IMG/VR virus record: IMGVR_UViG_3300014613_000055
Span: 1-37,689 of that record
DNA from: a virus
Taxonomy: Duplodnaviria > Caudoviricetes
Strand: one strand, 5' to 3'
DNA length: 37,689 bases
The position numbers were made by a program, and so were the translations under genes. Positions 26,994-35,199 of the stretch are shown here, one piece after another. A model generated the notes under the pieces. The model was not told where the DNA came from, made no database searches, and saw only the letters and a program-made list of their open reading frames with translations. Within the stretch, counting starts at the first letter, position 1, and each line of letters opens with the position of its first letter.

Positions 26994-27983
26994 ATGGCAG
27001 CAAGTAATACAGATTTATTCAAGAAGTGTGCTCGTAAATGGGTTGGTCAAATCGGATCAGGAGGAGTTGCGGATGATTCAACAGCAACGATTCCTTTGGC
27101 CTCAGTTACTAATTTACCGACTGACACAGCTGTTGTGGCGGTTATTGACAGAGTTGATGCCAATGGCACAAAGACTCCAACCACGGAAGAGTCTGTTATC
27201 GGCGTTGTTTCGGGAACTGATTTAGTTACCTGTACCAGAGGGGCGGAGGGGACAGCCCAAGCTCATTCAGCCGGTGCAGTGGTTGAAATTTTAATCACCA
27301 ATCAGGGTTGGGGAGACCTGATTAGTGGAATTTTGGTTGAACACAATCAATTAGGCGGACACACCAACATTACAGCTTCTAACATTACAGCAAGTGCGGT
27401 AATGACAGCCTTGCACGTAGATTTGATAGCAAGCGGAGACTTGAGGGATGCAAATAATAATGAATTATTAAAATTCACTCAGACTGCATCAGCAGTCAAT
27501 GAGTTTACGGTAGCCAACGCAATAACGGGAGGAGGTCCAACAGCGTGCGCAACAGGTTCAGACACAAACATAAGTATTAACCTAGTACCAAAAGGTACAG
27601 GTAGAGTTCAATCAAATTCAGTAACAGTTCCTACGATTTCATCTACGGATACTCTTACTAACAAGAGAATAACCAAAAGACTTGTTACAACAACTGATGA
27701 TGCTACCGCAGAAATTGATACGGATAGTTATGACGAATATGAGTTGTCAGCAGTAGCCAACGCAACGACATTTACTTTAACAGGAACACCAACTGACGGA
27801 CAAACATTGATTGTAAGAGTTAAAGATGCGGGAGTTACTAAAGGACTAACTTGGACTGGTTTTACCGCAGTAGGCGTTACACTCCCCACAGCCACAACTG
27901 CAGGAAAATGGCACTATGTCGGCTGTAAATACAACTTGGGGGATACTGCATGGCACGCAATAGCAGTGACAGAGGAGGCATAA
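26994..27983 (+). CDS. Tail fibre/spike protein
   Basis: TRGAEGT..AHSAGA motif, TDTLTNKRI and PTDGQ motifs; T/A-rich. Confidence 0.75.
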   Translation: MAASNTDLFKKCARKWVGQIGSGGVADDSTATIPLASVTNLPTDTAVVAVIDRVDANGTKTPTTEESVIGVVSGTDLVTCTRGAEGTAQAHSAGAVVEILITNQGWGDLISGILVEHNQLGGHTNITASNITASAVMTALHVDLIASGDLRDANNNELLKFTQTASAVNEFTVANAITGGGPTACATGSDTNISINLVPKGTGRVQSNSVTVPTISSTDTLTNKRITKRLVTTTDDATAEIDTDSYDEYELSAVANATTFTLTGTPTDGQTLIVRVKDAGVTKGLTWTGFTAVGVTLPTATTAGKWHYVGCKYNLGDTAWHAIAVTEEA

Positions 27984-27984
27984 T

Positions 27985-28674
27985 ATGGCAGCAATAGAAC
28001 TTTATTCAACATCTTTGTTTGCGGACGCAGACCTCCAGGCATATTACCGCTTAGAGGATGTAACTGATAGCAAAAATGATTATGACTTAACCAATACTGG
28101 GAGTGTTGCTTTTAATGCTGCTAAATTTAATAATGGTGGCGACTTAGGGGCTTCAAATTCAAGCAAATATCTTAGTGTTGCCAGTAATCTGGGAATCGCT
28201 GGCAATGGAGATTTAACTATTTCTTTGTGGTTAAAACTTCAAACAGAGATAGCCTCTGGTATTCAGTATTTCTGGTTGTGGGGCTCAACAACCACAGACA
28301 ATAGATATATGGGTCTTATTTATGACTACAATGGTGGGACAAGACAGCTAAAGGCAGATAATGGAGGAGCACAGGTTGGGGCTTTTAATGCAACACTTGG
28401 GACATCAACCACCCACCACATAGTTGTTACCAAAGACGAAACAGGAAATTCAATACACATTTGGCTAAACGGGGTTGACTCTGGTAACGGAGTTGTTGGG
28501 ACTGCGGAGGGTGGGGTAAACAAACTTGATTTGGGCAAAAATAACGGTGGTGGAGGATACACTTCGGGAATTTTTGATGATGTAGCTGTTTTTAATAGAG
28601 TTCTAACCGATACTGAAATAGGTAACTTATATAATGGGACTTGGCCGAGTGGCAACTTTTTCGCTTTACTATGA
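27985..28674 (+). CDS. LamG/concanavalin-A-like lectin domain protein (receptor binding)
   Basis: AYYRL, TISLW, HHIVVT, IWLNG, GIFDDVAVFNRVL. Confidence 0.88.
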   Translation: MAAIELYSTSLFADADLQAYYRLEDVTDSKNDYDLTNTGSVAFNAAKFNNGGDLGASNSSKYLSVASNLGIAGNGDLTISLWLKLQTEIASGIQYFWLWGSTTTDNRYMGLIYDYNGGTRQLKADNGGAQVGAFNATLGTSTTHHIVVTKDETGNSIHIWLNGVDSGNGVVGTAEGGVNKLDLGKNNGGGGYTSGIFDDVAVFNRVLTDTEIGNLYNGTWPSGNFFALL

Positions 28675-28895
28675 CAAATATAAACGGAAAGGATTGGCAA
28701 GAAATAACGAATGAAGAAGCATATAGGCTTTCTATGGCCGAATTTAAGGGCAAAACAATGGAGGCCCTGCAATCCTTAGATAAAAGAATCGGAGGCATTG
28801 AAACATACAATCGGGATACTCGCCTTGTTTCTTTGGTAATAAGCGGAATATCGGGGCTTATTGCCGGTTTCTTTGGAATAAAAATAAACCAATGA
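28671..28895 (+). CDS. Small membrane protein, holin/hemolysin-like
   Basis: Coiled coil plus C-terminal TM; ATGA overlap suggests start 28671; just before the endolysin. Confidence 0.6.
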   Translation: MTNINGKDWQEITNEEAYRLSMAEFKGKTMEALQSLDKRIGGIETYNRDTRLVSLVISGISGLIAGFFGIKINQ

Positions 28896-29683
28896 GAAAT
28901 AAATTAAATCAATTCGTATCAAATCTTAATGGTCAATTCGTAGAGGTATCTTACCGACCAGCAGAGTATCAATGCTATGACCTTTTTTATCTTTGGGCGT
29001 TTGTTTGCGATATTCCAAAAGTAGCCATTCAACATGGAAAGGCTTTTGAGATTTGGACGCTAGCATCCGATCTAACTAGGCAATATTTCGACCTTATAGA
29101 GAACAAACTAGAAACCATCCCGGAAGAAGGGGATGTAGTTGTTTGGGGTAGTAAATTTGGGAAATATGGACATGTTGCTATTGTTATCGAAGCAACCCAA
29201 ACCTCAATGAAAGTGTTTGAACAAAACGATCCCCTAGGAACTCATGCACACATACAAGACAGAAAATCTTACAAAAACGTATTAGGCTTTCTAAGGCCGA
29301 AGAATATCATAATTCCAAGTATCCCAAAGTGGTTTGAAACACTATTACAAGAGCAACCTGGTGGTCTGACAATCCAAGATGAATCCAAGATTAGAGATGT
29401 CTTTGAAGATTCCAAAAAAGTAGTCGAGAAGGAGACATTAATCGGCAAACTTAATGAACGCCTAGGCGACTTTAACGAGGCTCTAAGGCGACTTGATGTA
29501 AAAGGCGGGGATAGTAACGAAGAAGCACTTGCAGTATTAGAGAATGCAGTCCAGGAGCTTCTAGATCTAAGAGAAAAACAAAATCCCGAACCTAGAATAA
29601 TAATAGCCGAAAAAGAAATGTCATATATCAAGATTTGGGAACTCTTTATCGGAGTAATAAAGGCAGGTGATAAACATGGCTAA
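28892..29683 (+). CDS. CHAP-domain endolysin with C-terminal coiled coil
   Basis: QCYD, GDVVVW, GHVAIV, EQN, GFLRP. Confidence 0.9.
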   Translation: MRNKLNQFVSNLNGQFVEVSYRPAEYQCYDLFYLWAFVCDIPKVAIQHGKAFEIWTLASDLTRQYFDLIENKLETIPEEGDVVVWGSKFGKYGHVAIVIEATQTSMKVFEQNDPLGTHAHIQDRKSYKNVLGFLRPKNIIIPSIPKWFETLLQEQPGGLTIQDESKIRDVFEDSKKVVEKETLIGKLNERLGDFNEALRRLDVKGGDSNEEALAVLENAVQELLDLREKQNPEPRIIIAEKEMSYIKIWELFIGVIKAGDKHG

Positions 29684-29864
29684 GAAAAGTATTAAAAGTT
29701 TATTTGAATCAAAAACATTCTGGATAGCGGTTGTTCAAGCATTTATAGGTATAGCAGTTGTCGTTGTAACCGAATTGGATTTAGTGGGTTATGTGGCAAT
29801 CGTTAAATCAGTTGGAGACATAATTATCAGACTCTTAACAAAGGATCAAGTAGAAATTAAATGA
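29676..29864 (+). CDS. Holin-like two-TM protein
   Basis: SKTFW..., IIIRLLT motif; after the endolysin; GCAGGTG SD before ATG 29676. Confidence 0.7.
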   Translation: MAKKSIKSLFESKTFWIAVVQAFIGIAVVVVTELDLVGYVAIVKSVGDIIIRLLTKDQVEIK

Positions 29865-29977
29865 AATTACTAATCATCATAATCGTTCTAGCGAACTTGT
29901 GGTGGTTATTTGTAAAAAATTGGGATTCTAAAGGAGACGATAGAAGGGGACTGGAAAAATGGTTAAAGAAAAACTAA
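29861..29977 (+). CDS. Small membrane peptide (38 aa)
   Basis: Read manually: MKLLIIIIVLANLWWLFVK...; ATGA overlap. Confidence 0.5.
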   Translation: MKLLIIIIVLANLWWLFVKNWDSKGDDRRGLEKWLKKN

Positions 29978-30159
29978 CTTGGTTTGATAGCAAAGGACAG
30001 GAATTTTACTTTGATTACAAGATTACAAAAAATAGATATGAGAGCCATACAAAAGAAGAATTACAGGACTTACTTCTAATGGCACAGAGACGAGAAGAAG
30101 AAGGGCTTAGCATGACCGAAACAATAATAAAAATAGAAAATGCTTTAGAAAAAAAATGA
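29959..30159 (+). CDS. Hypothetical protein
   Basis: ORF track. Confidence 0.6.
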   Translation: MVKEKLTWFDSKGQEFYFDYKITKNRYESHTKEELQDLLLMAQRREEEGLSMTETIIKIENALEKK

Positions 30160-30520
30160 CCGAAAGAATAAGTTTTGTTTAGTGGGGTCAAGTTAAGTTT
30201 AGTTTCACCAACTAATTAGAATGGGGGTGATAAGTTATGATACCAGTCAAGAAATTAAAGCGAGTTGAGGGAAAGATTTTAACATTGATAGACTCTGTAC
30301 TCCCAGAGGGACAACAGAATATGTCAACAAAGTCTTTGATAAGTCAGATATTTGGTGAGCTTTACGCTTACGCTGACTTTGGCAAACCAACCTCTGGCTC
30401 AGTAACCGCAACTGAAGAAAAAACTGGCGGAAGATTCAAAACTGCAACAAAGGCAGAAGAAGCAAAGAAATAAGGTGGGCTTGACCCCACCAAAGAGAAC
30501 TTAAAATGACCGAAAGAATA
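30153..30520 (+). mobile_element. Insertion-like cassette: 18-bp direct repeats plus terminal inverted repeats around one ORF
   Basis: AAAATGACCGAAAGAATA at 30153 and 30503; GTGGGGTCAAG (30182) / CTTGACCCCAC (30480) within a ~24 bp imperfect stem. Confidence 0.7.
30237..30473 (+). CDS. Hypothetical protein inside the cassette (78 aa)
   Basis: ORF track; GGGGGTGA SD. Confidence 0.75.
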   Translation: MIPVKKLKRVEGKILTLIDSVLPEGQQNMSTKSLISQIFGELYAYADFGKPTSGSVTATEEKTGGRFKTATKAEEAKK

Positions 30521-30748
30521 GTTTACCGAGCAAAAAGAACAAAGGAAGAAGTTATCAATAAAATGATGGCTAATCAAAGACTTGAGGAAATGATTGATGG
30601 GCCTCAGCAGTTCATATTAGACGAACAAGAAGCCCTTTATAGAGAACTGGAAGAATTAATTGAAGCAGAAGACGAAAGACAACTAGAAGAAGTTAGAGGA
30701 ATTTTAGCAAAGAGAATTGGCTTTGAAAGGCGAACTTCCTGTTTTTGA
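30506..30748 (+). CDS. Hypothetical acidic coiled-coil protein
   Basis: ORF track. Confidence 0.65.
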   Translation: MTERIVYRAKRTKEEVINKMMANQRLEEMIDGPQQFILDEQEALYRELEELIEAEDERQLEEVRGILAKRIGFERRTSCF

Positions 30749-31589
30749 AACCCCCATTCCCGAAAAGAAAGACATTTACTACTGGAATGAAAGAATGGCC
30801 TCACGCCAAGAACAATATCAAGAAACAGTACCCCACAAAGAAAACAATGTTTCGATTTCATTCAAGGATGACATAATAGTAAACTTCATTGGAGATATAC
30901 ACGCTGGTTCTCCTAATACAGACTATAAGCGAGTTGCTCAGGAACTAGAGGTCATTGTAAACACTCCAGAGAGCTATGTAATCCTCGGTGGCGACCTCAT
31001 AGATGGTTTCTTCTTCAATCCGGCACAATTTGAACAAATAGAACAAACTCCAGAACAGATAGCCTATATGCACTCTTTGATTGATTTCCTTGCCGAGAAT
31101 AAAAGGTTATTAGTAGGATTTGGTGGAGACCATGATTTAGACTGGCCAAGCAAGAGTGGTTCTAATCCTTATTATGACTTCCCTCAAAAGACAGGAGCTT
31201 ATTATATGCACGGTATAGGGTTTATTACATTAAATGTAGGAGAAGTGTCTTACAAACTAACAGGAGCTCATAGATTAGCCGGACATTCACTTTACAACAA
31301 CGTTCATCCAGAAATGAGATTAGCCAAAACAGTACAAGGTTCGGATATTTACTTTGGATTACACACTCACCAAAAAGGACACGCCCAACAAGCAACTAAG
31401 ATGTTTGGGAATGAAGATAAATTAGTAACTTATATATCAGTAGGGCCATACAAGTCAGAAGACGGTTATTCAAGGAAGAAAGGTTGGGCCAGACAGACAC
31501 CTAGAGAGATGTATGGTTCAGCTATTAAGTTATCAAGCAAAGACTTCTACATTCAATACTTCGAGGATATCCTAGAGGCAAACTCCTAA
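30717..31589 (+). CDS. Calcineurin-like metallophosphoesterase
   Basis: GDIH, GGDLID, GDHD, GAH, HTH metal-binding motifs. Confidence 0.9.
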   Translation: MALKGELPVFETPIPEKKDIYYWNERMASRQEQYQETVPHKENNVSISFKDDIIVNFIGDIHAGSPNTDYKRVAQELEVIVNTPESYVILGGDLIDGFFFNPAQFEQIEQTPEQIAYMHSLIDFLAENKRLLVGFGGDHDLDWPSKSGSNPYYDFPQKTGAYYMHGIGFITLNVGEVSYKLTGAHRLAGHSLYNNVHPEMRLAKTVQGSDIYFGLHTHQKGHAQQATKMFGNEDKLVTYISVGPYKSEDGYSRKKGWARQTPREMYGSAIKLSSKDFYIQYFEDILEANS

Positions 31590-31603
31590 CAAAGAAAAAG
31601 GCC

Positions 31604-31632
31604 TTGACAAAAATCTTGTAAGGCCTTAATCT
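31604..31632 (+). promoter_or_regulatory. Rightward promoter overlapped by an inverted repeat
   Basis: TTGACA-17 bp-TAATCT; palindrome AAGGCCTT at 31598 and 31620. Confidence 0.65.
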
Positions 31633-31656
31633 ATATTAAGTCTATTAATATGATTT

Positions 31657-31685
31657 ATTCTAACCCCCCAAACTCCATTTGTCAA
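31657..31685 (-). promoter_or_regulatory. Leftward promoter convergent with the 31604 promoter
   Basis: Minus strand TTGACA-17 bp-TAGAAT. Confidence 0.65.
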
Positions 31686-31711
31686 GAATTTCCGCATATT
31701 TTCCGCAATCT

Positions 31712-31940
31712 ACTGACCCGACCTAAACGGCAGTTCCACTAGGGACCGCAATACTAGCGGTATATAAAAGAAGGGTGGAAGCAGGGCAACGCATCGGAAA
31801 CATCAAACGGAGATGCAGGTCATAATGAACCATAGCTGGTATTACGGTGACACTCGAAGCGAAAGAGAAACCCGTTTACAAAAATCATTAACTGCTACTA
31901 GACCAGTCCTATATGGGACGCTTCGTTGCATAAAGCAGAG
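31712..31940 (+). ncRNA. Candidate multi-stem non-coding RNA or origin region
   Basis: ORF-free, GC-richer stretch; stems TTCCACT/GGTGGAA, ACCGC/GCGGT, GCATC/GATGC, TAATGA/TCATTA, GTCCT/GGGAC. Confidence 0.4.
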
Positions 31941-31945
31941 ATAAC

Positions 31946-32095
31946 ATGAATAAAATAGAACAAAAGAAGTATATTATTAAGACTTGGAAAACATCATCCG
32001 GTAAACGTATTACTCAGATGTTAAACAAGTATTGGGAGACAGATAAAAACGGCGGCGACATTATTGCAACAGCAAAACAAATCTTCGATATTTAG
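31946..32095 (+). CDS. Small hypothetical protein (49 aa)
   Basis: Read manually: MNKIEQKKYIIKTW...AKQIFDI. Confidence 0.5.
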   Translation: MNKIEQKKYIIKTWKTSSGKRITQMLNKYWETDKNGGDIIATAKQIFDI

Positions 32096-32110
32096 CCTCA
32101 GAATTGCCAC

Positions 32111-32138
32111 TTGACAACCCCATTACATTTGGTAATAT
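32111..32138 (+). promoter_or_regulatory. Early promoter, probably leaderless
   Basis: TTGACA-16 bp-TAATAT with TGG extension, 6 nt before ATG 32145. Confidence 0.7.
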
Positions 32139-32144
32139 ATAGAT

Positions 32145-32423
32145 ATGAGAACAAGAGGATACGGAAACCCAAACAGTTATAAAGACTACACCCCTACAGA
32201 CCAAACTGTGGGGAGAATAACAACCAAGAGAAAAGTAAAGGCACTAGCGAAGAAATTTAATAAACTGTGCAAAACCGATAAAAACTTTGATAGGGATAAA
32301 GAGTTTGATAATTATTGGAAGAAAGCAGATGAAATGGGCAAAGAGTTTCTTGCTGAAGATGACCAGGCTTCGGTGGCAAACTTTAATCTAGCTACACAGT
32401 GGTTTCGAGATAATTTAGACTAA
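32145..32423 (+). CDS. Hypothetical early protein
   Basis: ORF track; directly after the promoter. Confidence 0.7.
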   Translation: MRTRGYGNPNSYKDYTPTDQTVGRITTKRKVKALAKKFNKLCKTDKNFDRDKEFDNYWKKADEMGKEFLAEDDQASVANFNLATQWFRDNLD

Positions 32424-32424
32424 T

Positions 32425-32580
32425 ATGCCATACACAGTACCAGCCAAAACAGAACGCAACGAGTTAATCATCAAACTTCACAAAGAGGGCAAGTCTTTCA
32501 ACGAGATAGCAAAACAATTCGACATCACTTCACAACGAGTACACCAGATAGTTAAGCGAGCAAGAAACGATGAAAAATAA
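32425..32580 (+). CDS. Small HTH DNA-binding protein (51 aa)
   Basis: Read manually: RNELIIKLHKEGKSFNEIAKQFDITSQRVHQIV. Confidence 0.8.
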   Translation: MPYTVPAKTERNELIIKLHKEGKSFNEIAKQFDITSQRVHQIVKRARNDEK

Positions 32581-32770
32581 AATAGAAGAAATATTTGAAG
32601 AATATAGTGGTGATGCACCTAAAGAGATATTTGAAAGAGACTATCGTTGGCTAATCAACAAATTATTAGAACTATTCAACAAAGAAAAGAAGGAGAATAC
32701 TAATGAATCTTAAAGACACATTACAAGGAATACTAATCGCTTTAGTTATCGTCTGCATACTTTACGGATT

Positions 32771-32950
32771 ATGGATATAAGCTACAAAAACACAATGCAC
32801 AACAATATGCCAGAAGTGGGTAAGCATTTAGCAAAACAGATGAAACCCAAATGTGAGTTTTGTACGAGAATATCAGTAGGAACAGTAACAACAGCAAACG
32901 GAGTAGAACCTGTTTGTAGGTATCACGAAGTTGAATTAACAGATGGATAA
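32771..32950 (+). CDS. Small Cys/His-rich protein (59 aa)
   Basis: Read manually: CEFC...VCRYH. Confidence 0.55.
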   Translation: MDISYKNTMHNNMPEVGKHLAKQMKPKCEFCTRISVGTVTTANGVEPVCRYHEVELTDG

Positions 32951-33245
32951 ATCATACCCAACATACCAATATTCTATTTTCCTAAAAGGAAGCAAGGACG
33001 AGCAATTAGTTATCAGAGCTGACAACTGGGAGGATTTTGTAGAAGCCAAGAAGAAAGCAGATGTGATTATTAAGAAAGTAGAAACCAAACCACAACAACC
33101 ATTACCGATAACCAAACCAGATGCGACTTGTGCTAAGTGTGGAGGAGAGATGGTGTATAGAGAAGGAATAAGCAAAAAGAACAACAAACCATACAAAGGA
33201 TATTTCTGTAAGGATGAAAAGTGCGGAAACATATCATGGCTATAA
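32943..33245 (+). CDS. Protein with C-terminal C4 zinc ribbon
   Basis: CAKCGGEM...KPYKGYFC....C..W. Confidence 0.75.
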   Translation: MDKSYPTYQYSIFLKGSKDEQLVIRADNWEDFVEAKKKADVIIKKVETKPQQPLPITKPDATCAKCGGEMVYREGISKKNNKPYKGYFCKDEKCGNISWL

Positions 33246-33406
33246 GTAAAAAAACAAAAGAAAGACCATCACCGATTAGTAGGAATGCAAAATTAAAGTG
33301 TTTAACTTGTTATACACCGATTGATTACGAAACATACGAGAGGCATTACAGAATGACTTGTGGAAGGTGTGAGGCAAGATTACAACGACAGGAGCACATT
33401 AATTAG
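33221..33406 (+). CDS. Small zinc-finger protein
   Basis: CLTC...CGRC; start probably ATG 33236. Confidence 0.65.
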   Translation: MRKHIMAISKKTKERPSPISRNAKLKCLTCYTPIDYETYERHYRMTCGRCEARLQRQEHIN

Positions 33407-33521
33407 TTTTTTTCCGTAGGCCGATTTGTTATCGATGAGGCACTGCCTGAGATAACTAAGGAGCTGGAAGCCCGACTATCTGCCACTAACAGTTGGGTAG
33501 TCGGCCTTCGCAAGGAAATTA
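33404..33521 (+). ncRNA. Long-stem structured intergenic element
   Basis: TAGTTTTTTTCCGTAGGCCGAT pairs with GTCGGCCTTCGCAAGGAAATTA; inner hairpins GTTATC/GATAAC and CCCGACT/AGTTGGG. Confidence 0.65.
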
Positions 33522-33829
33522 TGTACATAGAAGTAGAAATTAAAAAACCATTATACGGAACAAAAGTCTTTATTCGAGACAAGTACATTAAACAAGCCCA
33601 AAAGGAAGGCAAGAAGTTAAGAATTATATCCGGTGATATGACAGGCATATACGAACCGAGTGAGTGGTTGGAGAAAGCTGAGAAGATGGAGAAGGTATTT
33701 AACTTCCCCGACAGACCAATGATTTTATGGGGGAATTACTTAAAAGAAAAAGATGACGATATAACAATGGAACAGTATAAGAAAAATATAGGCAAATTGG
33801 TTAATATCGCTAGAAGCAAAGGATTATGA
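33521..33829 (+). CDS. Hypothetical protein
   Basis: ORF track; AAGGA SD. Confidence 0.7.
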   Translation: MYIEVEIKKPLYGTKVFIRDKYIKQAQKEGKKLRIISGDMTGIYEPSEWLEKAEKMEKVFNFPDRPMILWGNYLKEKDDDITMEQYKKNIGKLVNIARSKGL

Positions 33830-33996
33830 TTACAACTATAAACATGAACGAGACCGAAGTAAAACCAGTAAAACAAGCAACCTGTCCTTGCGGAAGAAAG
33901 TTTACCAAAAAAACAACAGGGGAATATTGTTTAGATTGCAAAGTATTAAGAATGACACACGAAGGTAGAAAGCATTACGAGGATTTAATAAAATGA
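33826..33996 (+). CDS. Small zinc-finger protein (56 aa)
   Basis: Read manually: CPCGRKF...YCLDC; ATGA overlaps at both ends. Confidence 0.6.
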   Translation: MITTINMNETEVKPVKQATCPCGRKFTKKTTGEYCLDCKVLRMTHEGRKHYEDLIK

Positions 33997-34187
33997 AAGA
34001 ACGATTTCAAAGAAAGAACGAAGAACTAAAGGCAAGGTTAGAAGCTAAAAAGCCTACTCCTAAACAGATTAAGGATGTTGTAGATGCATTTATATCAGAG
34101 GACTTTGAGAAACTAGAACCTTATTTTACGCCTACTAAATTTGATATAGAACAAAAGCAAGAGGTTGTTAAAAGAAAGAAGAGATGA
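33993..34187 (+). CDS. Hypothetical protein
   Basis: ORF track; ATGA coupling. Confidence 0.65.
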   Translation: MKERFQRKNEELKARLEAKKPTPKQIKDVVDAFISEDFEKLEPYFTPTKFDIEQKQEVVKRKKR

Positions 34188-34429
34188 AGAAAATAATTTT
34201 AGGACTAATTGCAATAATAATAATTTGGTTTGTTTCTTACGAAATAAACTTTGTAAAGAGATTTGAGTCAAGACAATGCTTGCCAAAAGAAAAGACACAA
34301 TGTGTTGATTGGCAAAACGAGACTCTGTGTGATGAAGATATTTGTATCGGTTTCGGTAGTTGTCAAGAGTGGAGCTGTATTTACGAAAATAGAGATTTAA
34401 TAGACATTTTACTATTTTGGAGATATTAA
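34184..34429 (+). CDS. Membrane-anchored Cys-rich small protein
   Basis: N-terminal TM, six Cys. Confidence 0.65.
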   Translation: MKKIILGLIAIIIIWFVSYEINFVKRFESRQCLPKEKTQCVDWQNETLCDEDICIGFGSCQEWSCIYENRDLIDILLFWRY

Positions 34430-34457
34430 GACAAAACACTAGAAGGAACCGAGATAA

Positions 34458-34625
34458 ATGAAAAAAGTAAATTTAATAATAATTAGAAGTTATGACGAAG
34501 AATATGAAGATAATTTTGCTAATAGAGTGGCTGAAGAAGTTAAAAAGGTTGTAGCAAAAAATAATGTTAATTTCTGTAACGATGAAATTGAAATAGAGGT
34601 TAATTTAATAAAGGAAGGAATATAA
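34458..34625 (+). CDS. Hypothetical protein (55 aa)
   Basis: Read manually; AAGGA SD; flanked by the ATAAATGAAAAAAG repeat. Confidence 0.55.
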   Translation: MKKVNLIIIRSYDEEYEDNFANRVAEEVKKVVAKNNVNFCNDEIEIEVNLIKEGI

Positions 34626-34734
34626 ATGAAAAAAGCGGAGTTTAGGTTTAAAGCAAATCATAGATAGCTACCCTCCGCTTTTGATTAGCAGAATAACACG
34701 AGGAGTGCCAAGTTGTCAAGTAAAGGCCGAGAAC

Positions 34735-34860
34735 ATGGGAAAACTTAAATGCGAAGTCTGCGGGAAAAAGGAAGGTGGAACGATATATAGCTGTATGACA
34801 AACATAAGATATTGCGGGGAGTGTTACTTAAAAGCAGACTTAAAGGAGAAGATAGAATGA
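34735..34860 (+). CDS. Small zinc-finger protein (41 aa)
   Basis: Read manually: CEVCG...YCGEC. Confidence 0.55.
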   Translation: MGKLKCEVCGKKEGGTIYSCMTNIRYCGECYLKADLKEKIE

Positions 34861-35006
34861 AGAAGATAAAGAAAATAGAAGGTTTTGAAAAAGGTACAAC
34901 ATGGATTGATATTCGGGACTTAGCCGATAGTGCTGTTGAGATAATTGATAAACCTAAAGAAATTATAGACAAAATAAACGAAATTATAGATAAATTAAAT
35001 GAATGA
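34857..35006 (+). CDS. Hypothetical protein
   Basis: ORF track 34812-35006; ATG 34857 after AGGAG SD. Confidence 0.6.
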   Translation: MKKIKKIEGFEKGTTWIDIRDLADSAVEIIDKPKEIIDKINEIIDKLNE

Positions 35007-35199
35007 TAAAGATAGAATGAAGAAGATAAAGCCAAGCGAATACGAAATAGGCAAAGAGTATTTATTAGATAGCCCATCTATGTGGGTTCACTATTGTTGC
35101 GGTTGTAACCTAAGACACAACTTCTTTCTTGAAATAGTCAATGACAAAGAAAATGATTACATTAGGCTAATTGCTTATCCAGAAAACATTAATGAATAA
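34999..35199 (+). CDS. Hypothetical protein with CCGC..H motif
   Basis: ORF track. Confidence 0.6.
   Translation: MNDKDRMKKIKPSEYEIGKEYLLDSPSMWVHYCCGCNLRHNFFLEIVNDKENDYIRLIAYPENINE

Noticed and set aside
26994-28674. Diversity-generating retroelement acting on tail genes
   Set aside because: No reverse transcriptase and no TR/VR pair noticed.
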